The notes below the pieces were generated by a model that searched no databases, was not told where the DNA came from, and saw nothing but the letters and a program-made list of their open reading frames with translations. The position numbers and the translations under genes were made by a program. Positions 27,996-37,751 of a stretch of DNA of 64,000 nt are shown piece after piece. Source of the stretch: Candidatus Poribacteria bacterium (GTDB lineage Bacteria > Poribacteria > WGA-4E > GCA-2687025); the NCBI GenBank assembly GCA_016866785.1, contig VGLH01000003.1, positions 4,795 through 68,794 of the forward strand, in the 5' to 3' direction. Numbering within the stretch: position 1 is the stretch's first letter; each line of letters starts with the position of its first letter.

Positions 27996-28925
27996 CTATG
28001 CTTCGCGAACGACCGGGTTGGAGAGCACGCCGATCCCCTCGATTTCCACGTCGACGACGTCGCCATGCGCCAGCTTCTCGCCGCGCGCCTTGCCGACGCC
28101 AGACGGGGTACCAGTCGAGATGACGTCGCCTGGTTCGAGGGTAATATGGCGCGTGATCCAGGCGACCAGCTCGGCGCAGGTGAAGATCATCTCGCTCGTG
28201 CGCGCCCGCTGTTTCTCGACGCCGTTCACGCGGAGCGTCAACAGCAGGTCATCCGGGTTCGCAACCTCATCTCGCGTGACGAGGCAGGGCCCCATCGGCG
28301 CGAAGGTGTCGAGCCACTTGCCGTTGAGCCAGTCGAACCACCGATCGCCTTCGCGCGGTTCGCGTTCGCGGTCGAGCAGCAGGTTCCGCTCGGAGACGTC
28401 GTTCAGGATCGTGTAACCGGCGACGTAGTCGAGGGCGTCGGATGCCGCGATGTACTTGCCGCGCTTGCCGATGACGACCGCGAGCTCGCCTTCCCAGTCG
28501 ATCCACCCGGCGTACCGAGGGATCACGATGGCTTCGCCATGCGCGATGGTCGTCGTTCCCGGCGGCTTCATGAAGACGCGCGGCGTCGTGGTCTTCTTCT
28601 CCGGCGCTTCGCCGCCGCCTTCTCGAATGTGTTCGGCGTAGTTGCCGGCGAGGCAGAGCAGCTTGGGAGCCCGTGGAACCGGCGCGGCGATGGGAGCCGT
28701 CGTCCAATGCGCCTTGGCGGGTGACGCAGCCGCCAGGTCGTGCACTCGACGGGCAGCAGCCATGCCGGCGTCTCCGGCGTCCAACAGCGTCTGCATCGTC
28801 GTCAGGGCGAGCCCACCATCGTCGTCGATGTTGGCGAGGTATGTCCGCGCCGCGTCCACAACGCGCCCATCGACCTCGATTCCCAGATGCGTCCCTGATC
28901 TGCCCTGAAAGCTCACGAGCCGCAT
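27996..28925 (-). CDS. Fumarylacetoacetate hydrolase (FAH)-family protein
   Basis: DWEGELAVVIGKRGK and LNDVSER metal-binding blocks. Start at MRLVSFQG (28925). Confidence 0.8.
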   Translation of the reverse strand: MRLVSFQGRSGTHLGIEVDGRVVDAARTYLANIDDDGGLALTTMQTLLDAGDAGMAAARRVHDLAAASPAKAHWTTAPIAAPVPRAPKLLCLAGNYAEHIREGGGEAPEKKTTTPRVFMKPPGTTTIAHGEAIVIPRYAGWIDWEGELAVVIGKRGKYIAASDALDYVAGYTILNDVSERNLLLDREREPREGDRWFDWLNGKWLDTFAPMGPCLVTRDEVANPDDLLLTLRVNGVEKQRARTSEMIFTCAELVAWITRHITLEPGDVISTGTPSGVGKARGEKLAHGDVVDVEIEGIGVLSNPVVREA

Positions 28926-29050
28926 GCGTCGCCTCCTGACGTGCTCCTCCGACCCTCCATATCGGTTCGGATGCATGGTAACACTCGGAGCGTGCGGTCA
29001 CAATGCGCCGCCAAGCCTCTCGGCGCACTCGGAAAAGTGGAACCCGAGCC

Positions 29051-29077
29051 TTGACATCGGTCGTTTCCGTGTACACT
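29051..29077 (+). promoter_or_regulatory. Candidate sigma70-like promoter upstream of the fused uvrA (TTGACA-N15-TACACT)
   Basis: TTGACA at 29051-29056 and TACACT at 29072-29077. The spacer is 15 nt, shorter than optimal. This is a sequence match only. Confidence 0.25.
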
Positions 29078-29093
29078 TACAGGGGCATCTCGC

Positions 29094-32000
29094 GTGCCGA
29101 GGGGCCCGAGCGGCAACCCTACCGATCCGCTCGCGAATACAGGAATCACTGCGGCGCCTGCTGTGCCAGGCGTTCCCGAGGGCACCCCATTGAGCGTCCG
29201 ACGTACCGAGTACCGCGACGTCGTCTCCGTGCGCGGCGCCCGGGTTCACAACCTCCAGAACATCGACCTCGACCTGCCGAAGAACTCCCTGATCGTCTTC
29301 ACGGGCGTCAGCGGCTCCGGGAAGTCGTCCCTCGCGTTCGACACGCTCTACGCCGAGGGACAGCGCCGCTACGTCGAATCCCTTTCCGCCTACGCGCGGC
29401 AGTTCCTGGGACAGATGGAGAAGCCGGACGTCGACTTCATCGGCGGCTTGTCGCCGACCATCTCCATCGACCAGAAGTCGACGGGTCACAATCCGCGTTC
29501 CACCGTCGCGACGATCACCGAGGTCTACGACTACCTGCGGCTCCTCTTCGCGCGCGTCGGGGAGCTTCACTGCCTCGAGTGCGGCAAGCCCGTCGGCATG
29601 CAGACCCGCGACGAGATCATCGACCGGTTGATGGAGCTCCCGGACGGTCAGCGCGTCCAGATCCTGGCTCCCATCGTTCAGGGCAGGAAGGGCGAGTACC
29701 GCGAGGAGCTCGCCGACGCCCTCAAGGCGGGATTCGCTCGCGCCCGCATCGACGGGCAGGTCTTCGAGCTGACCGACACGGTCGATCTGGATCGCAGCCT
29801 GAGACACAACATCGAGATCATCGTCGACCGTATCCAGGTCCGCGAAGGCATCCGCGACCGGCTCAGCGAGTCCATCGAGACGGCGATGAAACTCGCCGGC
29901 GGCACGATGATCGCCGACCTGATGGACGGGACGGAGCACTTCTTCAGCCAGAAGTACGCCTGCGCCGAGTGCGGCATCAGCTATGAGGAACCCTCACCAC
30001 AAGCGTTCTCCTTCAACAGCCCGAAGGGCGCGTGCTCCGCCTGCAACGGTCTCGGCGAGACGATCCGCATGTCGCCAGCGAAAGTCGTCGCGGACACATC
30101 GAAGTCGATCCGCCAAGGCGCGATCGCCTTCTGGGGCGATCTGGGAACACTCCGAGTCCGTCACGTCGCCGAGAGCCTAGCCGTGCACATGAAGTTCTCG
30201 CTCGACACGCCGTGGCGCGATCTCCCGGAGACCACGAGGGAGGCGGTTCTGTACGGCTGCGGACGCGAGCGCATCCACTTCGTCTACAAGAACCATCGGG
30301 GACGCGAGTTCCACTATGACAGCCGGTACGAAGGCGTCATCCCGCCGGAGGAGCGCCACTACTTCGACGCGGACAACGAGAACGCCCGCCGGTGGTACTC
30401 CCGCTTCATGGACGCCCAGTCGTGTCCGGAGTGCCACGGATCAAGGCTCCGACCCGAAGCGCGCGCCGTCCACATCGCCGGCAAGACGATCCTCGACGTG
30501 ACCGAGATGAGCGTCCAGGACGCGCGGGCGTTCTTCACCGACCTGCCGCTGACGAAGCGTCAGGAGACCATCGCGGAGCAAGTGCTCAAGGAGATTCGGG
30601 GACGTCTCTGGTTCCTGTCGAACGTCGGACTGCACTACCTCAGCCTGAACCGCACGGCTCCGACGCTCTCCGGCGGCGAAGCTCAGCGCATCCGGCTCGC
30701 CAGCCAGATCGGAACGGGGCTCGTCGGTGTTCTCTACATTCTGGACGAGCCGAGCATCGGGCTTCACGCGCGAGACAACAAGAAACTGCTCGACACGCTC
30801 AAGCATCTGCGCGACATCGGAAACACGATCATCGTCGTCGAGCACGATGAGGAGACGATGCGCGCCGCCGACTTCATCGCCGACTTCGGTCCCGGAGCGG
30901 GCGTCAAGGGGGGTAATCTCGTCGTCTCAGGCTCTCCCGCCAAGGTCGCTGCGACGCCGGAGAGCATCACGGGCCAGTACCTGGCTCACCAGCGCGCGAT
31001 TCCCATACCGGAGAGCCGTCGCGCTCCCAACGGTAAGTGGTTGGGGATCCGCAACGCCCGGCAGAACAACCTCAAGTCGCTCGACATCGACCTGCCGCTG
31101 GGCGTCTTCACGGCGGTGACGGGGGTCTCGGGCTCCGGCAAGTCGTCGCTCCTCAACGACATCCTGGCGAAGGCGCTCCTGCGCGACCTGATGCGCGCCG
31201 AGGAGACGCCCGGCGACTACGACGCCATCGAGGGCGTCGAGCATCTCGACAAAGCCATCGTCATCGACCAGTCGCCTATCGGCCGGACGCCCCGCTCAAA
31301 TCCTGCGACCTACGTGAAGCTGTTCGATCACATCCGCAATCTCTTCGCCGAGCTGCCGGAGAGCCGGGTTCGCGGCTACCAGCCCGGACGATTCAGTTTC
31401 AACGTGAAGGGCGGGCGCTGCGAGGCGTGCGAAGGGAACGGACTCAAGCGCGTCGAGATGCACTTCCTCGCCGACGTGTGGGTGAAGTGCGAAGTATGCA
31501 ACGGCGCGCGGTTCAACGACGAGACGCTCGCCGTCCTCTACAAGGGCAAGAGCATCTCCGAAGTCCTCGACATGGACGTCCAGGAAGCGTTGACGCACTT
31601 CGCCGACATCCCGAAGATACGGCGCGTGCTGAAGACGCTCCACGATGTCGGGCTCGACTACATCAAGCTGGGGCAGCCGGCTCCGACGCTTTCCGGCGGC
31701 GAAGCCCAGCGCGTCAAGCTCGCGAAGGAGCTCGCGCGCGTCGCAACGGGACGCACGCTCTACATCCTCGACGAACCGACGACCGGGCTCCACTTCGAGG
31801 ACGTCCGCAAGCTGCTCGAAGTCCTCCACAAGCTGGTGGACAAGGGCAACTCCGTCATCGTCATCGAGCACAACATGGAGGTCATCAAGACCGCCGACCA
31901 CATCATCGACCTGGGGCCCGAAGGTGGCGAGGAAGGCGGCTATCTCGTCGCGATCGGCACGCCGGAAGAGCTCGCGCACGGCGTCGTCGTCGGAGAGCTC

Positions 32001-34910
32001 CCGTCCGCGACGGGGCGCATCCTGCGCCAGGTTCTCGGCATCGACGGCGAGTCGCGACCGGAGCTCAGCGACCACACCGACGACTCGACTCCAAGATCGG
32101 AGCTCATCGACGAGATACGCGTCGTCGGAGCGCGCGAGCACAACCTGCAAAACGTGAGCGTCAACATCCCCCAGGGCAAGATGGTCGCGTTCACGGGCGT
32201 GTCCGGTTCCGGAAAGACCTCGCTCGCCATCGACACGATCTACGCGGAAGGTCAACGGCGGTACGTCGAGTCACTCTCCGCCTACGCGCGGCAGTTCTTG
32301 GGGCAGATGGAGAAGCCCCGCGTCGAGCACATCGAGGGGCTCTCTCCCGCCATCGCCATCGACCAGAAGCAGCCCAGCAAGAGCCCGCGCTCGACCGTCG
32401 GAACCGTCACCGAGGTCTACGACTACCTGCGCGTGCTGTTCGCCCGCGCGGGGACGGCGCATTGCCCGGAGTGCCATCGACCCGTCGGGAGCCAGTCCGT
32501 CCAGCAGATCGCCGACAACATCCTGCGCCTGCCCGAAGGGAGCCGGCTCCACGTCCTCGCGCCGGTGCAGTTGGCGCGCGGCGAGGAGTACGCCGAGGTT
32601 TTCGACCGCGCCGCAAAGCGCGGGTTCGCCCGCGTCTGGATCAATGGTAAGGTGGAGGAGCTCCCAACTGCCGTCGTCCTCGACCGGCGCATCCGGCACG
32701 ACGTCGGGATCGTCGTGGATCGTGTCATCCTGCGCAAAGACGAGCGTTCGCGGCTCTCGGAAGCCGTCGAAGTCGCGCTCCGTGAGGGCAAGGGCGTTCT
32801 GCGGATCGTGGGCGTGTCGCCCAACGAGGATGGCGACGAGACACCCGTCTCGGAGTCCTTCAGCGAGCATTTCGCATGCGTGCCCTGCGGTCTGAGCTTC
32901 AAGCCGCTGACGCCGAAGAACTTCTCGTTCAACAGCCCGTTGGGCATGTGCCCGCGCTGCGAGGGCATCGGGCGGGTCGTCGGAGCCGACCAATCCCTCA
33001 TCGTGCCGAACCCTCGCAAGTCGATCCGCGCGGGAGCCGTCCTCGTGTGGGGCGAGGTGACGTCGGAGCATCCGATGTCGCCGTTTCTGGTCGTGCTCGC
33101 CAAGAAGATGGGCTTCTCGCTGACGACGCCCTTCGAGAAGCTACCGGACGAAGTCCGCGAGATCATCCTCTACGGCTCGCGCGAGGTCTTCGACGTAAAC
33201 GGCGGCAGAGCCCGGTTCCGAGGAGCCGCCGGAGGAACCGACTGGGTCCACGTGCGCGGCGCCTTCGCGCGGGATATCCGGCCGTTTCTCCGCGAGGTGG
33301 ACTGCCCGACGTGCCGGGGTTCCCGGCTCCAGCCCTTTGCGCTGAGCGTGCAGTTGGGCGGCAAGACGATCGTCGAGTGGACGCGCATCACGATCCGCGA
33401 GGCGCTCGACGCGATGATGTCGCTCCGGCTGACGGGTCAGCTCGAAGCCGTGGCGCGCGACTTGCGGGAGGAGATATCGAACCGGCTGCGGTTCCTCTGC
33501 GATGTCGGGCTCGACTACCTGACGCTCGCGCGCCCAGCTCCCAGCCTGTCCGGTGGCGAAGCGCAGCGGATTCGCCTGGCGTCGCAGTTGGGTTCTGGGC
33601 TGACTGGCGTGCTCTATGTCTTGGACGAGCCGACCATCGGTCTGCATCCGCGCGACAACGACCGGCTCATCAAGGCGCTGCACCGGCTCCGCGACCTGGG
33701 GAACACGGTTCTGGTGGTAGAACACGACGAGGAGACGATCCGCACGGCAGATCACATCCTCGACTTCGGACCGCGAGCCGGCACGCACGGCGGCGAGATC
33801 GTCGCACAGGGCTCCCTGTCGGTCCTCGAGTCCACGAAGTCGTCGCTGACCGGGCAGTATCTGTCCGGCGTCGAGGCGATTCCCAAGCCCCCGAAGCGTC
33901 GGCGCGGCAGGAACGCGGCGCTGGAGATCATCGGCGCAACCCATCGGAACCTGAAGAACGTCGACGTCTCCATACCGCTTGGAACGCTCACCTGCGTCAC
34001 GGGCGTGTCGGGCTCCGGCAAGTCGTCGCTCATCGAGGAGACGCTCTATCCGGTCTTGGCGCGCAAGCTGAATGGGGCGTCGACGCACGCAGGGGCGCAC
34101 CGCGCCATCCGGGGCATGGAGCATCTCGACAAGGTCATCAACGTCGATCAGAAGCCCATCGGCGAGACCCCCCGGAGCAATCCGGCGACCTACACGGACG
34201 TCTTCACCGACATCCGTTACCTCTACGCGGAACTGCCGGACGCCCAAGCGAGGGGCTTCGACTCGCGGCGGTTCAGCGCGAACCTCGCCGAAGGTCAGTG
34301 CGAGACGTGCCGGGGCAACGGCTACACGCGGATCGAGATGCAGTTCCTGCCCGACGTGTGGATCGAGTGCGACGCCTGCGCCGGAAGCGGCTACAACAAG
34401 GCGACGCTCCAGGTGCGATACCGCGACAAGAGCATCGCCGACGTGCTCAAGATGACCGCCGCCGACGCGCGCGAGCACTTCGCGAAGATCCCCAAGGTCG
34501 CGCGGAAGCTCCAGACGCTCTGCGATGTCGGACTCGACTACATCCAGTTGGGGCAGTCGGGAACGACGCTGTCCGGCGGCGAGGCGCAGCGCGTCAAGCT
34601 CGCCCGCGAACTCGCCCGGCGGTCGAGCGCGGGGACCGTCTACGTCATGGACGAACCGACGACGGGTCTGCACTTCGACGACGTGCGCAAGCTGCTGGAA
34701 GTGCTCCACCGGCTCGTCGATCAGGGGAGCACCGTCGTCGTCATCGAGCACAACATGAACGTCATCGCCGCAAGCGATCACGTCATCGACCTTGGACCCG
34801 AAGGCGGCGACGCGGGAGGCTACGTCGTCGGAACCGGCACGCCGGAGGACATCGCGCGGATCGACGCATCGCACACGGGTCGGTTCCTGCGACCCATCCT
34901 CGGGCACTGA
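29094..34910 (+). CDS. uvrA: Tandem-fused double UvrA (two complete excinuclease ABC subunit A units in one 1,938-aa polypeptide)
   Basis: Each half has Walker A GVSGSGKSS/GVSGSGKTS with YAEGQRRYVESLSAYARQFLGQMEKP, two ABC signatures (LSGGEAQRIRLAS, LSGGEAQRVKLA), zinc-finger cysteine pairs (CLECG..CAECG..CSACNG in half 1; CPECH..CVPCG..CPRCEG in half 2), a UvrB-binding-length insert and an insertion-domain region. The second unit starts about 32100 (IRVVGAREHNLQN). The start codon is uncertain: GTG 29094 or TTG 29185 with GAGGGC upstream. Confidence 0.85.
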   Translation: MPRGPSGNPTDPLANTGITAAPAVPGVPEGTPLSVRRTEYRDVVSVRGARVHNLQNIDLDLPKNSLIVFTGVSGSGKSSLAFDTLYAEGQRRYVESLSAYARQFLGQMEKPDVDFIGGLSPTISIDQKSTGHNPRSTVATITEVYDYLRLLFARVGELHCLECGKPVGMQTRDEIIDRLMELPDGQRVQILAPIVQGRKGEYREELADALKAGFARARIDGQVFELTDTVDLDRSLRHNIEIIVDRIQVREGIRDRLSESIETAMKLAGGTMIADLMDGTEHFFSQKYACAECGISYEEPSPQAFSFNSPKGACSACNGLGETIRMSPAKVVADTSKSIRQGAIAFWGDLGTLRVRHVAESLAVHMKFSLDTPWRDLPETTREAVLYGCGRERIHFVYKNHRGREFHYDSRYEGVIPPEERHYFDADNENARRWYSRFMDAQSCPECHGSRLRPEARAVHIAGKTILDVTEMSVQDARAFFTDLPLTKRQETIAEQVLKEIRGRLWFLSNVGLHYLSLNRTAPTLSGGEAQRIRLASQIGTGLVGVLYILDEPSIGLHARDNKKLLDTLKHLRDIGNTIIVVEHDEETMRAADFIADFGPGAGVKGGNLVVSGSPAKVAATPESITGQYLAHQRAIPIPESRRAPNGKWLGIRNARQNNLKSLDIDLPLGVFTAVTGVSGSGKSSLLNDILAKALLRDLMRAEETPGDYDAIEGVEHLDKAIVIDQSPIGRTPRSNPATYVKLFDHIRNLFAELPESRVRGYQPGRFSFNVKGGRCEACEGNGLKRVEMHFLADVWVKCEVCNGARFNDETLAVLYKGKSISEVLDMDVQEALTHFADIPKIRRVLKTLHDVGLDYIKLGQPAPTLSGGEAQRVKLAKELARVATGRTLYILDEPTTGLHFEDVRKLLEVLHKLVDKGNSVIVIEHNMEVIKTADHIIDLGPEGGEEGGYLVAIGTPEELAHGVVVGELPSATGRILRQVLGIDGESRPELSDHTDDSTPRSELIDEIRVVGAREHNLQNVSVNIPQGKMVAFTGVSGSGKTSLAIDTIYAEGQRRYVESLSAYARQFLGQMEKPRVEHIEGLSPAIAIDQKQPSKSPRSTVGTVTEVYDYLRVLFARAGTAHCPECHRPVGSQSVQQIADNILRLPEGSRLHVLAPVQLARGEEYAEVFDRAAKRGFARVWINGKVEELPTAVVLDRRIRHDVGIVVDRVILRKDERSRLSEAVEVALREGKGVLRIVGVSPNEDGDETPVSESFSEHFACVPCGLSFKPLTPKNFSFNSPLGMCPRCEGIGRVVGADQSLIVPNPRKSIRAGAVLVWGEVTSEHPMSPFLVVLAKKMGFSLTTPFEKLPDEVREIILYGSREVFDVNGGRARFRGAAGGTDWVHVRGAFARDIRPFLREVDCPTCRGSRLQPFALSVQLGGKTIVEWTRITIREALDAMMSLRLTGQLEAVARDLREEISNRLRFLCDVGLDYLTLARPAPSLSGGEAQRIRLASQLGSGLTGVLYVLDEPTIGLHPRDNDRLIKALHRLRDLGNTVLVVEHDEETIRTADHILDFGPRAGTHGGEIVAQGSLSVLESTKSSLTGQYLSGVEAIPKPPKRRRGRNAALEIIGATHRNLKNVDVSIPLGTLTCVTGVSGSGKSSLIEETLYPVLARKLNGASTHAGAHRAIRGMEHLDKVINVDQKPIGETPRSNPATYTDVFTDIRYLYAELPDAQARGFDSRRFSANLAEGQCETCRGNGYTRIEMQFLPDVWIECDACAGSGYNKATLQVRYRDKSIADVLKMTAADAREHFAKIPKVARKLQTLCDVGLDYIQLGQSGTTLSGGEAQRVKLARELARRSSAGTVYVMDEPTTGLHFDDVRKLLEVLHRLVDQGSTVVVIEHNMNVIAASDHVIDLGPEGGDAGGYVVGTGTPEDIARIDASHTGRFLRPILGH

Positions 34911-34930
34911 CATCGGGAGGGTTGCGGCGG

Positions 34931-37750
34931 ATGAGAAAGCTCTATCTCCTCGACGGCATGGCGCTCGCCTACCGCGCCTACTTCGTGTTCATCCGCAACC
35001 CGATGCTCAACTCGAAGGGCTTCAACACAGCCGCCATCCACGGCTACGCGACGACCCTCCTGCAGGTGCTTGAACACGAGAAACCGACCCATATCGCTGT
35101 CGCGTTCGACACGCCCGAGCCGACGCAGCGCCACATCGAGTACCCCGAGTACAAGGCGCAGCGCGAGGCGATGCCCGAAGACCTGAGCGCGTCGCTGCCC
35201 TACGTCTTCCGGCTGACCGAGGCGTTCAACATCCCCGCGCTGCGGATGCCGGGCTACGAGGCAGACGACGTCATCGGCACGCTCGCCCGACGCGCGGAAC
35301 GCGACGGGTTCCAGACCTACATGGTCACGCCCGACAAGGACTATGCCCAGCTCGTCGACGAGAACACGTTCGTGCTCAAGCCCGGCAAGTCCGGCGACGG
35401 AACCGAGGTCATCGGCATCCCACAGGTGTTGGAGCAATGGGGCATCGAGCGCGTCGAGCAGGTGATCGACGTCCTCGCGCTCTGGGGCGACAGCTCAGAT
35501 AACGTCCCCGGCGTTCCCGGCATCGGCGAGAAGACGGCGAAGGCGCTCGTCGCGAAGTACGGCTCCGTCGAAGGCTTGCTGGCGAACACGGCCGAGCTGA
35601 AGGGCAAGCAGAAGGAGAATGTCGAAGCCTTCGCCGACCAGGCGCGGCTCTGCAAGCGGCTCGTGACCATCGACTGCGATGTGCCCGTCACTGTCGGCAT
35701 GGACGATCTGACGGTTCGCGAACCCAATCGCGATGCGCTCCTGGAGCTCTTCCATGAGCTCGAGTTCCGCTCGCTGGGCAAGCGCGTCTTCGGCGACGCC
35801 TACGAGCTCGCCCTCACGACCGCCGCTCCCGCTGCCGCAGCCGACGACGATGCGGACGACGCCAACGGCGACGATGAGGCGGGCGAAGACGAGATCGTCG
35901 ATGAGGAAGCCGGAGACGCGGTCGCCATCACGGGCCCCGTGCGGACCATCGAGGACACACTCCACACGTACACCGTCGTCGACACGCACGAGGCGCGTCG
36001 GGCGCTCGCCGATGACCTGGCGACCCGCGAGCGCTTCTGCTTCGACATCGAGACGACGGGTCTGCATCGGTCGGCGGAACCCATCGGCTTGGCGTTTTCG
36101 TATTCGCCGGAAACCGGCTTCTACGTCCCACTGCCCGTTGAGCCGTCGGCGATCCAGGCGACACTGGAGACGTTCCGCCCTGTCTTCGAGAACCCAGCCA
36201 TCGAGAAGGTGGGTCACAACATCAAGTTCGACCTGGCGGTGCTGAAACGCCAAGGCATCGAGGTCGCCGGGGTGCTCTACGACACGATGATCGCCCACGC
36301 GCTCATCGAGCCGTCGATGCGCCACAGCATGGACTACCTCTCGCAGGTCTACCTCGGCTACAAGCCGGTCTCCATCGAGTCGCTCATCGGAGAGCGAGGT
36401 CCCGAGCAGAAGTCGATGCGCGACGTGCCGATTCCCGCCGTCGCGGAGTACGCGGCGGAGGACGCCGACGTGACGTTCCAGTTGCGGGGCTCGCTCGATC
36501 CGCTGATCGACGAGAGGAACGCGCGCCGCATCTTCGCCGAAGTCGAGACGCCGCTGCTGCCGGCGCTCGTCTCGATGGAGCACGCGGGCGTCCGTCTGGA
36601 TGTTCAGGCTCTGCGCGACCTGTCCGCGACGCTCGCCGTCGAGATCGTCGACCTGGAGAAGCGCATCTACGAAGCCGCCGGCATGGAGTTCCATATCGAC
36701 TCGCCGAAGCAGCTCGGTGAAGTGCTCTTCGATGTCCTCAAGCTCGAAGACAAGCCGAAAAAGACGCGCACGGGTCAGTATTCGACGCGGGAGCAAATCC
36801 TGACGCGCCTCGCCGACCGGCATGAGATCGTCGAGTTGGTGCTGCGGTTCCGCGAGTACCGCAAGCTCAAGTCGACCTACGTGGACATGCTTCCGGGCTG
36901 CGTGTCGCCGGAGACGGGGCGCGTCCACACGCACTACAACCAGCTCGTGACGGCGACCGGTCGCATCCAATCCCACGGGCCCAACCTGCAGAACATTCCC
37001 ATTCGAACGGAACGCGGCAGGGAGATCCGGCGGGCGTTCGTTCCGCGCGAGGACGGTTATCGGATTCTCGCGGCGGACTACTCGCAGATCGAGCTCCGCA
37101 TCGTCGCCGAATTGAGCCACGACGACGCGATGATCGCCGCGTTCCGGAACGAGGCGGACATCCATAGCGAGACAGCGTCACGCGTCTTCGGTGTGTCCAC
37201 GTCCGACGTGAACGCCGAGCAGCGACGCAAAGCGAAGATGGTCAACTTCGGCGTGACCTACGGCATGACGGCGTTCGGCTTGGGGCAGCGGCTCAACATC
37301 CCGCGCAAGGAAGCAGGCGAGATCATCGACGCGTACTTCGCTCAATACCCTGGCGTGCGAGGATACATGACATCCGTCGTCGAGTTCGCAAGGGAAAAAG
37401 GCTACGTCGAAACGCTTTTGGGAAGACGCCGCTACCTCCGCGACATCAACTCGAAGAACGCCACGGCGCGAAGCGGCGAGGAGCGGAACGCCATCAACAC
37501 GCCCATCCAAGGAACCGCCGCCGACATGATCAAGATTGCGATGGCGAACATCCACCGGGAACTCCGAGAGCGGAACCTGCGGACGCTCATGCTTCTGCAA
37601 GTCCACGACGAGCTCGTGTTCGACCTCTACGAGCCGGAGCGCGACGAGGTCATGGAACTCGTCGAACGATGCATGAAGTCGGCGATACCGATGGCGGTTC
37701 CCATCGTCGTCGAGATGGGAGTCGGCGCCAACTGGCTCGACGCGCACTGA
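34931..37750 (+). CDS. polA: DNA polymerase I
   Basis: 5'-3' exonuclease N-terminus (MRKLYLLDGMALAYRAYF). 3'-5' exo / Klenow region and polymerase motifs (RRKAKMVNFGVTYG, LLQVHDELVFD). RBS GGGAGG. Confidence 0.95.
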   Translation: MRKLYLLDGMALAYRAYFVFIRNPMLNSKGFNTAAIHGYATTLLQVLEHEKPTHIAVAFDTPEPTQRHIEYPEYKAQREAMPEDLSASLPYVFRLTEAFNIPALRMPGYEADDVIGTLARRAERDGFQTYMVTPDKDYAQLVDENTFVLKPGKSGDGTEVIGIPQVLEQWGIERVEQVIDVLALWGDSSDNVPGVPGIGEKTAKALVAKYGSVEGLLANTAELKGKQKENVEAFADQARLCKRLVTIDCDVPVTVGMDDLTVREPNRDALLELFHELEFRSLGKRVFGDAYELALTTAAPAAAADDDADDANGDDEAGEDEIVDEEAGDAVAITGPVRTIEDTLHTYTVVDTHEARRALADDLATRERFCFDIETTGLHRSAEPIGLAFSYSPETGFYVPLPVEPSAIQATLETFRPVFENPAIEKVGHNIKFDLAVLKRQGIEVAGVLYDTMIAHALIEPSMRHSMDYLSQVYLGYKPVSIESLIGERGPEQKSMRDVPIPAVAEYAAEDADVTFQLRGSLDPLIDERNARRIFAEVETPLLPALVSMEHAGVRLDVQALRDLSATLAVEIVDLEKRIYEAAGMEFHIDSPKQLGEVLFDVLKLEDKPKKTRTGQYSTREQILTRLADRHEIVELVLRFREYRKLKSTYVDMLPGCVSPETGRVHTHYNQLVTATGRIQSHGPNLQNIPIRTERGREIRRAFVPREDGYRILAADYSQIELRIVAELSHDDAMIAAFRNEADIHSETASRVFGVSTSDVNAEQRRKAKMVNFGVTYGMTAFGLGQRLNIPRKEAGEIIDAYFAQYPGVRGYMTSVVEFAREKGYVETLLGRRRYLRDINSKNATARSGEERNAINTPIQGTAADMIKIAMANIHRELRERNLRTLMLLQVHDELVFDLYEPERDEVMELVERCMKSAIPMAVPIVVEMGVGANWLDAH

Positions 37751-37751
37751 C

